Positions 11,884 through 19,014 of a DNA stretch of 38,889 bases are shown piece by piece; within the stretch, counting starts at the first letter, position 1; each line of letters opens with the position of its first letter. The stretch lies in NCBI GenBank assembly GCA_045589735.1, contig JAZNPQ010000061.1, positions 1 to 38,889 of the forward strand, written 5' to 3'. The notes below the pieces were generated by a model. The model made no database searches. It saw only the letters and a program-made list of their open reading frames with translations, and was not told the origin of the DNA. Made by a program: the position numbers and the translations under genes. This stretch comes from Eubacteriales bacterium. GTDB taxonomy: Bacteria; Bacillota; Clostridia; Oscillospirales; CAG-272.

Positions 11884-12996
11884 ATGGCAAGCGTATCACT
11901 TAAGCACATTTATAAGAAATACCCCGGCGGTGTTACCGCGGTATCTGACTTCAACCTTGAGATCAAGGACAAGGAATTTCTCGTACTCGTCGGACCTTCC
12001 GGATGCGGAAAAACAACTACTCTCCGTATGGTTGCAGGTCTTGAAGAGATCTGCGAGGGTGAGCTTTTCATCGGCGACAGACTCGTAGACGACGTTGCTC
12101 CTAAGGACAGAAAGATAGCGATGGTTTTCCAGAACTACGCTCTTTACCCCCATATGACAGTTTTTGAGAACATGGCATTCGGTCTTAAGCTCAATAAGAC
12201 TCCCAAGGAAGAGATCAAGCGCCGCGTTGAAGAGGCTGCACGTATTCTTGACATCTCCCACCTTCTCGACAGAAAGCCGAAGGCTCTCTCGGGTGGTCAG
12301 AAGCAGCGTGTTGCTCTCGGCCGTGCTATCGTTCGTAACCCCATGGTCTTCCTTCTTGACGAGCCGCTTTCAAACCTTGACGCTAAGCTCCGTGCATCGA
12401 TGAGAACCGAGCTTACAAAGCTTCATGACAGAGTTCAGACCACATTTATTTACGTTACACATGACCAGACCGAGGCTATGACGATGGCTACGCGTATCGT
12501 CGTTATGAAGGACGGTCTTATTCAGCAGGTTGATACACCTCAGAAAATTTACGACTATCCTTGCAACCTCTTCGTTGCAGGATTTATTGGAACTCCTCAG
12601 ATGAACTTCATCAATGCAGATCTTGAGAAGAAGGGTGACGACGTATACGTAAACTTTGAGGGTAACACCGTTAAGCTTCCCGCAGAGAAGGCAAACAACC
12701 CCGCTCTCCAGGAATACATCGGCAAGGAAGTTATCATCGGTCTCCGTCCCGAAGCACTCCATGACGAGCCTATGAACATAGCAGCTCTTGCTGACAGCAC
12801 GATAGACGCTCACGTTGATGTAACCGAGCTTATGGGTGCTGAAATCTATCTGTATCTCACCGTTGGTGAGACCAGCCTTATCGCACGTGTTAACGCTCGT
12901 TCGACAAGCCGCGCAGGTGACGACATCAAGATCGCTCTTGACGTTTCCCGTCTCCACATCTTCGATAAGGACACAGAGCGTTGCATCTGCCATTAA
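11884..12996 (+). CDS. msmX: MsmX/MalK/UgpC-type carbohydrate ABC transporter ATP-binding protein (370 aa)
   Basis: Walker A GPSGCGKTT, signature LSGGQKQR, Walker B FLLDEPLSNLD, and a C-terminal MalK-like regulatory/TOBE region. SD GGAGG lies 9 nt upstream of the ATG at 11884. Confidence 0.85.
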   Translation: MASVSLKHIYKKYPGGVTAVSDFNLEIKDKEFLVLVGPSGCGKTTTLRMVAGLEEICEGELFIGDRLVDDVAPKDRKIAMVFQNYALYPHMTVFENMAFGLKLNKTPKEEIKRRVEEAARILDISHLLDRKPKALSGGQKQRVALGRAIVRNPMVFLLDEPLSNLDAKLRASMRTELTKLHDRVQTTFIYVTHDQTEAMTMATRIVVMKDGLIQQVDTPQKIYDYPCNLFVAGFIGTPQMNFINADLEKKGDDVYVNFEGNTVKLPAEKANNPALQEYIGKEVIIGLRPEALHDEPMNIAALADSTIDAHVDVTELMGAEIYLYLTVGETSLIARVNARSTSRAGDDIKIALDVSRLHIFDKDTERCICH

Positions 12997-13001
12997 TCAA
13001 T

Positions 13002-13029
13002 TAAAAACTAAAGGACTGTCTTTTGGCAG
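13002..13029 (+). terminator. Rho-independent terminator after msmX
   Basis: Stem AAAGGACTG (13002-13010) / CAGTCCTTT (13019-13027), followed by a T-run. Confidence 0.75.
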
Positions 13030-13031
13030 TC

Positions 13032-13060
13032 CTTTTTCATTGACAAAAGCATATCGGTAT
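13032..13060 (+). promoter_or_regulatory. Sigma-A promoter preceding a ~200-nt leader of the MFS-GH2 gene
   Basis: TTGACA (13032-13037), 17-nt spacer, TAAAAT (13055-13060). Confidence 0.55.
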
Positions 13061-13268
13061 GATAAAATAATCGGTAGAAATAATATAAGGGAACCTCTGA
13101 ATATTCAGCGTGTATCGAGCGGCAGCAGCTTTTTCTTCAGTCTAAACAAAATTTCGCGCACATAGCCATTCCTCTGTGAAGAAATTTTGTGACGAATGAT
13201 GGAAAAGATGCCACCGATTCGATGCGCGAGGAATTTTTAGATGTTCCCATAAAAATCGGGGGGGTACA

Positions 13269-16262
13269 ATGAAAACAAAGCTTTCTCCAAAATTCTGGTG
13301 TGCGCTGACCTTGTTCAGTCTTGTCGGTCAGATCGCGTGGGTAGTTGAAAATATGTATCTGAACGTTTTTATGTACAAAATGTTCAACGCATCAGCCGCC
13401 GACATTTCGCTTATGGTTGCCGCGAGTGCCGTTGCCGCAACACTTACCACGGTATTTATCGGTGCACTTTCCGATAGGATCGGTAAGCGTAAGCTCTTTA
13501 TTTGCGGCGGTTATATCCTTTGGGGTATTTCAATTTTCTGTTTTATGTTTATACGAACAGATATTATAAACAAATTTATACCCGCGACTGTTTCGGCGGC
13601 TGCGGTCGGCTCGTCTCTCGTTATAGTTTTCGACTGCATTATGACATTCTTTGGCTCGTCTGCAAACGACGCCGCGTTCAATGCATGGCTGACCGACAGT
13701 GTTGACTCGAAAAACCGAGGCGCTGCCGAGGGAATCAACGCGATGATGCCGCTTGTCGCGATACTTGCCGTTTTCGGCGGATTTATGGCGTTTGACCTAA
13801 ATCTTGCGTCGAGTTGGACTATTATCTTTGCTATAATCGGTGTTGGTGTTCTGCTTGTCGGTGTCGTCGGTATTTTTATAATAGACGACTCGCCCGTGTC
13901 ACCGTCCGAGACTGGTTATTTTAGAAACGTAATACACGGATTTATGCCGTCAACAGTAAAACAAAATCCGATGCTTTACGTTTATCTGCTTTGCTTTATC
14001 GTTTTCAATATTTCGATACAGATATTTATGCCCTACCTCATACTTTATTACGAGGTATCGCTGAAAATGACGAATTACGTGTTCGTCATGGCTCCTGCTA
14101 TCATAATCGCGTCGGTCGTAACTGCTTTTTGGGGCAAGGTATATGACAAAAAAGGCTTTACTCTTTCGTCATCCCTCTCGCTGATATGGCTCTGTCTCGG
14201 TTACGTTGTGCTTTATTTCTTCAAATCGACAGTACCTGTGTTTATCGGCTCGCTTCTTATGATGTGCGGTTATCTTGCGGGAATGGCGGTGTTCGGCGCG
14301 AAAATACGTGGTCTTATCCCCACAGGCAAGGCGGGAATGTTCCAAGGTGTCAGAATTTTTTCTCAGGTGCTGATTCCCGGTGTTGTCGGTCCTTTTATAG
14401 GCAAAACGGTACTGAACGGTGCCGAAATGATAGAAAACAACGACGGTACGAAATCATTTGTTCCGAATGAAAATATCTTCCTTGCCGCACTGATAGCCGC
14501 GATAATTGCCGCTATCGTAATGTTTATCGCGATAAAAAGCCAAAAGCCGAGTCTTAGAAAGGACCTAAAAACACCGTTTGAAGACGATACCTCGTCATCG
14601 TGGGAGAAGGAATACCCCCGTCCGTCGATGAAGCGTGACTCTTATATATCTCTCTGCGGCGAGTGGTCTTTATCTGTAAAAAGTAAAAAAGGGACGGAAA
14701 CCGAGCTTGGAAGTATAAAAGTCCCCTTTCCACCCGAATCACGCCTTTCGGATATAGAGCGCGAATTCAAAAAAGGCGAAAAATACATCTACAGAAAAGC
14801 TTTCACTCTTCCCGAAAAATTCAACATGGGAAAGGTTCTTGTTAAATTCGGTGCGGTCGATCAGATCTGTGAGCTTTATATCAACGGTACACGCATCGGT
14901 GAGCATATCGGAGGGTATCTTCCCTTCTCTTTTGACATTACCGAGGCACTCAGCGACGGCGAAAATCTCATTGAGCTTCACGTGACCGACGAGCTTGATA
15001 CCGACCTTGCATATGGCAAGCAGCGCAAAAAGCGCGGCGGCATGTGGTACACTCCCATAAGCGGTATCTGGCAGCCCGTGTGGCTTGAAAGTGTACCCGA
15101 AAATTATATTTCGTCGCTCAAAATTTCTTCGTCTATGAAGTCGGTCACTATTGAAAGTGTCGGCGGTCTGTCTCATAAATATCTTAAAATACTGGCCGAC
15201 AGCGGTATCGTTGATATCGAATACGACGGAGATAGCTTCACATACGCCCCCGACGAACCCAAGCTCTGGTCGCCTGATTCACCGTATCTTTACAGCTTCA
15301 CCCTCTCAGACGGTGTTGACACAGTTGCGTCATATTTTGCACTTCGTGAGGTATCAATTAAAAAGCACAACGAAAAGCCCTGCATTTGTCTGAACGGCGA
15401 ACCGATATTTTGTCACGGTCTGCTTGATCAAGGCTATTTCAGTGACGGAATTTATCTTCCCGCGACACCAAACGGCTACCTTTTTGACATTCTCAAAATG
15501 AAAGAGCTCGGCTTCAATATGCTTCGCAAGCACATTAAGATCGAGCCCGAGCTGTTCTACTATTACTGTGATACGAACGGTATGCTTGTATTTCAGGATC
15601 TAGTTAACAGCGGAAAATACAGTTTTCTCATTGACACAGCTCTGCCCACGGCGGGCATAAAAAAAGGCATCACACACAAGGCATCGAAAAAGCGAAAAGA
15701 ATCGTTTGAGAGCGATGCAAAGGAAACTTTGAATTTACTTTATAACCATCCGTCCGTAATTTATTACACGATATTCAACGAAGGCTGGGGACAGTACGAT
15801 GCCGACCGCATCTACACGGAGCTTAAATCGATCGATCCGTCAAGAATATTCGACTCTACTTCGGGTTGGTTTACCGAAAAGAAGAGTGACGTCAAGAGCG
15901 AACATATCTATTTCAAAAAGCTGGATCTTGATAAAGATGCGTCACGTCCTCTCGTTCTCTCTGAATTTGGCGGATATTCCTGCAAGATAGACGGTCATTC
16001 GTTTAACCTCGACAAGACCTACGGCTACAGCTTCTACAAGACTGCTGCCGAATTTGAAGCCGCACTCGAAAAGCTTTATCTTGACGAGGTAATTCCCATG
16101 ATAGACCGCGGACTTTGCGCCACCGTCTTAACTCAGGTCAGCGACGTCGAGGACGAAACGAACGGACTTGTCACCTATGACCGTCAGATAATTAAAGTAA
16201 GTCCCGAAAAAATAAGAGAGATATCTTCTGCTTTGTTTAATAGATTCAACGAGATATTATAA
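13269..16262 (+). CDS. Fusion protein: N-terminal 12-TM MFS (GPH-like) transporter plus C-terminal GH2 glycoside hydrolase (997 aa)
   Basis: The reading frame is uninterrupted. About 12 hydrophobic helices lie within residues 1-430, and the MFS loop motif GALSDRIGKRK is present. From about residue 445 it reads as GH2: a sugar-binding-domain start (YPRPSMKRDSYISLCGEWS), NGTRIGEHIGGYLPFSFDIT, FNEGWGQ (acid/base-like NE) and LSEFGGY (nucleophile-like E). SD is GGGGGGG. Confidence 0.8.
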   Translation: MKTKLSPKFWCALTLFSLVGQIAWVVENMYLNVFMYKMFNASAADISLMVAASAVAATLTTVFIGALSDRIGKRKLFICGGYILWGISIFCFMFIRTDIINKFIPATVSAAAVGSSLVIVFDCIMTFFGSSANDAAFNAWLTDSVDSKNRGAAEGINAMMPLVAILAVFGGFMAFDLNLASSWTIIFAIIGVGVLLVGVVGIFIIDDSPVSPSETGYFRNVIHGFMPSTVKQNPMLYVYLLCFIVFNISIQIFMPYLILYYEVSLKMTNYVFVMAPAIIIASVVTAFWGKVYDKKGFTLSSSLSLIWLCLGYVVLYFFKSTVPVFIGSLLMMCGYLAGMAVFGAKIRGLIPTGKAGMFQGVRIFSQVLIPGVVGPFIGKTVLNGAEMIENNDGTKSFVPNENIFLAALIAAIIAAIVMFIAIKSQKPSLRKDLKTPFEDDTSSSWEKEYPRPSMKRDSYISLCGEWSLSVKSKKGTETELGSIKVPFPPESRLSDIEREFKKGEKYIYRKAFTLPEKFNMGKVLVKFGAVDQICELYINGTRIGEHIGGYLPFSFDITEALSDGENLIELHVTDELDTDLAYGKQRKKRGGMWYTPISGIWQPVWLESVPENYISSLKISSSMKSVTIESVGGLSHKYLKILADSGIVDIEYDGDSFTYAPDEPKLWSPDSPYLYSFTLSDGVDTVASYFALREVSIKKHNEKPCICLNGEPIFCHGLLDQGYFSDGIYLPATPNGYLFDILKMKELGFNMLRKHIKIEPELFYYYCDTNGMLVFQDLVNSGKYSFLIDTALPTAGIKKGITHKASKKRKESFESDAKETLNLLYNHPSVIYYTIFNEGWGQYDADRIYTELKSIDPSRIFDSTSGWFTEKKSDVKSEHIYFKKLDLDKDASRPLVLSEFGGYSCKIDGHSFNLDKTYGYSFYKTAAEFEAALEKLYLDEVIPMIDRGLCATVLTQVSDVEDETNGLVTYDRQIIKVSPEKIREISSALFNRFNEIL

Positions 16263-16367
16263 CGTGGGCTTTGCCCACACCCACTTAAGAAACTTTTTCG
16301 AAAAAAGTTTCTTAAGAATCTTCAAAAACTTTCAAGCAAAAATATATTTTAAAATTTTATTTATCTT

Positions 16368-16400
16368 TCAACGCTTGACCGTGTCAAGCGTTGATTTTTT
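16368..16400 (+). terminator. Rho-independent terminator of the MFS-GH2 transcript
   Basis: Stem TCAACGCTTGAC (16368-16379) / GTCAAGCGTTGA (16383-16394), loop CGT, then TTTTTT. Confidence 0.8.
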
Positions 16401-16412
16401 ATGTGGTACTTT

Positions 16413-16525
16413 CTGCGGCAGGGCTGAAGGTCTTTCTTAAAGTGAAGAACGGTTTCGGCACCCTGCCTTGTCGCTACCGCAGTCGCGGCTCGTGTGTTGC
16501 CATACGGACACACTCACTACGCGAC
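16413..16525. other. GC-rich double-hairpin segment (candidate structured RNA or gene remnant)
   Basis: GGCAGGG (16417-16423) pairs with CCCTGCC (16461-16467), closed by CTGC/GCAG. GTCGCG (16483-16488) pairs with CGCGAC (16520-16525), with inner GTGTGT/ACACAC. The segment lies between two terminators and has no ORF. Confidence 0.3.
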
Positions 16526-16545
16526 ATGACAAAGTTATAACAAGC

Positions 16546-16584
16546 AAAAAAGCTATCCTTGAAAAAGGATAGCTTTTTGTTTTT
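16546..16584. terminator. Bidirectional terminator downstream of tpiA
   Basis: Stem AAAAGCTATCCTT / AAGGATAGCTTTT, flanked by A-run and T-run. It starts about 10 nt after the tpiA stop. Confidence 0.8.
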
Positions 16585-16593
16585 ATATTCTAC

Positions 16594-17361
16594 TTACTGT
16601 GCTGCGTCAACGATTGCCGCGAACTTTGTGGCTACGAGAGATGCTCCGCCGATAAGTCCGCCGTCTACGTCGGGCTTTGCGAGAAGCTCTGCCGCATTTG
16701 CGTCGTTCATCGAGCCGCCGTACTGGATGGTAAGTCCTTCAGCTGCTGCCTCACCGTAAAGGTCTGCAACTACACGACGGATAACTGCGCATGTCTCCTC
16801 TGCCTGCTCGGGAGTTGCTGTAAGTCCTGTACCGATAGCCCATACAGGCTCGTATGCGATGATAATATTCTTAAGCTCCTCTGCGCTGATGTCAGCAAGG
16901 TCAAGCTTTGTCTGCATTGCAACTACCTCGTCGGTAATTCCCGCAAGTCTCTGCTCCTTGACTTCACCAAGGCAGAGTATGACCTTCATTCCCGCGGCAA
17001 GCGCTGCCTTTGTGCGAAGGTTTACTGTGTAGTCGGTCTCTGCGAAGTACTGACGTCTTTCGCTGTGACCTACGATAACGTACTCAACACCGATCTCCTT
17101 AAGCATTGTTGCAGAGACCTCGCCGGTGTATGCGCCTTTTTCTGCAAAGTGAACGTTCTCTGCACCGATCTTGATGTTAGAGCCCTTTGCCGCTTCCATT
17201 GCTGCTGCAATGGTTACGTAAGGCGCGCAGAAAATAATGTCGCAATTATCTTTACCTGCAACGAGGGGCTTTACCTCGTTTATAAACTTGGTTGCCTCTG
17301 CGGGTGTAAAGTTCATTTTCCAGTTACCTGCGATAACTGTTCTTCTTTTTGCTGTATTCAT
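16594..17361 (-). CDS. tpiA: Triosephosphate isomerase (255 aa)
   Basis: IAGNWKMN, catalytic-region VIVGHSERR, and AYEPVWAIGTG. Confidence 0.95.
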   Translation of the reverse strand: MNTAKRRTVIAGNWKMNFTPAEATKFINEVKPLVAGKDNCDIIFCAPYVTIAAAMEAAKGSNIKIGAENVHFAEKGAYTGEVSATMLKEIGVEYVIVGHSERRQYFAETDYTVNLRTKAALAAGMKVILCLGEVKEQRLAGITDEVVAMQTKLDLADISAEELKNIIIAYEPVWAIGTGLTATPEQAEETCAVIRRVVADLYGEAAAEGLTIQYGGSMNDANAAELLAKPDVDGGLIGGASLVATKFAAIVDAAQ

Positions 17362-17384
17362 TGTCCTTAAGATCCTTTCGCTGA

Positions 17385-18572
17385 TTATTTGTCAAGAAGA
17401 CAAGCTATTCCGGGAAGCTCCTTGCCCTCGAGGAATTCAAGAGATGCACCGCCGCCTGTGGAGATATGTGTCATCTTAGGTCCGAAGCCGAGACGCTCAA
17501 CCGCCTCTGCACTGTCGCCACCGCCGATGATCGAAACAGCGCCGGAGTTTGCAACTGCTGCCGCAACTGCCTCTGTTCCTGCTGCAAAGTTCTTCCACTC
17601 GGAAACGCCCATAGGTCCGTTCCATACTACGGTGCCTGCACCCTCAAGTGCCTTTGTGTAAAGCTCACGGGTCTTAGGTCCGATGTCAAGTCCCATCCAA
17701 TCTGACGGGATAGCTGTAGAATCAACAGTCTTGAATTCTGTGTTTTCATCGTATTCCTTGCCGAGTACGTTATCAATGGGAAGAAGGAACTTAACGCCCT
17801 TTGCCTCTGCCTTTGCCATCATTTCCTTTGCAAGATCAAGCTTATCGTTCTCGCAGATGGACGTTCCTATTTCGTAGCCCTTCGCCTTGAAGAAGGTGTA
17901 TGCCATACCGCCGCCGATGATAAGTGTGTCAACCTTGTCGATGAGGTTGTTGATAACACCGATCTTATCCGAGACCTTTGCTCCGCCGAGAATTGCAACG
18001 AAGGGTCTTGCGGGGTCTGCAAGTGCCTTACCCATAACGGAAATTTCCTTCTGAATGAGGTATCCGCAAACTGCGGGAAGGTAATCTGCTACGCCTGCTG
18101 TGGATGCGTGTGCTCTGTGAACTGCACCGAAAGCGTCGGATACGTAGATCTCACCGAGAGAAGCGAGTTCTTTTGCGTACTCGGGATCATTCTTTTCCTC
18201 GCGCTTATCAAAACGTGTGTTCTCTATAAGCATTACCTCACCGTTCTTAAGAGCGGCAGCCTTTGCCTTTGCATCCTCACCGATAGTATCTGCTGCAAGC
18301 GGAACCTCAACTCCGAGAAGCTCGGAAAGTCTCTTTGCAACGGGAGCGAGAGAATACTTGGGGTTGATCTCACCCTTCGGCTTACCCATGTGAGAGCAAA
18401 GAACGACCTTTGCGCCCTTGTCCATAAGGTACTTGATTGTAGGAATAGCGCCTACGATTCTCTTATCACTTGTGATAACGCCGTCCTTGATCGGAACGTT
18501 GAAATCGCAACGGACGAGAACTCTTTTACCGGATACTTCAATATCCTCAATGTTTTTCTTGTTGTAGTTCAT
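17385..18572 (-). CDS. pgk: Phosphoglycerate kinase (395 aa from ATG 18572)
   Basis: [21 protein letters not shown], and GGGDS..A at the C-terminus. The ATG at 18572 has AAAGGAAAC upstream. The ORF track extends 6 codons further to a TTG. Confidence 0.95.
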   Translation of the reverse strand: MNYNKKNIEDIEVSGKRVLVRCDFNVPIKDGVITSDKRIVGAIPTIKYLMDKGAKVVLCSHMGKPKGEINPKYSLAPVAKRLSELLGVEVPLAADTIGEDAKAKAAALKNGEVMLIENTRFDKREEKNDPEYAKELASLGEIYVSDAFGAVHRAHASTAGVADYLPAVCGYLIQKEISVMGKALADPARPFVAILGGAKVSDKIGVINNLIDKVDTLIIGGGMAYTFFKAKGYEIGTSICENDKLDLAKEMMAKAEAKGVKFLLPIDNVLGKEYDENTEFKTVDSTAIPSDWMGLDIGPKTRELYTKALEGAGTVVWNGPMGVSEWKNFAAGTEAVAAAVANSGAVSIIGGGDSAEAVERLGFGPKMTHISTGGGASLEFLEGKELPGIACLLDK

Positions 18573-18606
18573 GTCTATGTTTCCTTTCAAAAATTATTCC
18601 TTGTAT

Positions 18607-18635
18607 AATATACCACATTTTTCATAATTTATCAA
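18607..18635 (-). promoter_or_regulatory. Extended -10 promoter for pgk-tpiA
   Basis: On the minus strand: TTGATA (18635-18630), 17-nt spacer, TGgTATATT (18615-18607). Confidence 0.6.
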
Positions 18636-18696
18636 GAGATATACGTCAAAAAATTATCATTTACCAAAACTTTTTTCATTTTTATGGAAAATAATA

Positions 18697-18735
18697 CTCG
18701 GTCTGTCTCATTTTTGACGAAACAGACCGAGTTTT
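18697..18735 (-). terminator. Hairpin terminator (orientation ambiguous) closing the ABC-2 operon / IR element region
   Basis: Stem CTCGGTCTGT (18697-18706) / ACAGACCGAG (18722-18731). It is followed by TTTT on the plus strand and by TATTATTTT on the minus strand. Confidence 0.5.
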
Positions 18736-18738
18736 AGA

Positions 18739-19008
18739 CGCACGGGAGTCGAACAAAATCGGTTTTATCGGGCAGATTTTCCCGATAACTTCAGTTCTTT
18801 TCTTGGTAATATGTCTATATAAACTGCAAAAAGAACTTTGTTCTCAAAAAAATCTGCTCCGTCAAAACTGCTCGCACCTCACGGCGAATTAATTTTTGAT
18901 GGATTTTGGTGGGATTTAATGAAGTAAGGTGTGTACCTTGCGAGTTAAAGCATGCCGAAAGACACGAAAATTAATCGCCGTGGGCGATTTCAGTTCGACT
19001 CTCGTGCG
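18739..19008. repeat. ~270-bp non-coding element bounded by 16-nt imperfect inverted repeats with a nested second inverted repeat
   Basis: Outer pair: CGCACGGGAGTCGAAC (18739-18754) vs GTTCGACTCTCGTGCG (18993-19008), 15/16 complementary. Inner pair: CACGGCGAATTAATTTT (18880-18896) vs AAAATTAATCGCCGTG (18967-18982). Additional local hairpins lie at 18767-18787 and 18927-18939. No ORF of 60 aa or more is present. Confidence 0.5.
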
Positions 19009-19014
19009 GCTTCT

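Noticed and set aside
12370-12993. 207-aa minus-strand ORF; also 19262..19801(+), 7899..8468(+), 37125..37661(-), 38295..38714(-) and the many 60-120-aa ORFs inside larger genes
   Set aside because: All lie antisense or out of frame within genes that have strong family motifs. None has a plausible SD, and their composition is odd.
13188-13232. 14-codon ORF (MMEKMPPIRCARNF) in the MFS-GH2 leader as a regulatory leader peptide
   Set aside because: No SD precedes it and it has no informative codon bias. It is probably fortuitous.
18739-19008. GTTCGACTC words resembling a tRNA T-loop (possible tRNA or tmRNA fragment)
   Set aside because: No complementary T-stem, acceptor stem or anticodon arm can be drawn around either copy. 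The two copies are each other's reverse complement, so they are treated as inverted-repeat arms instead.
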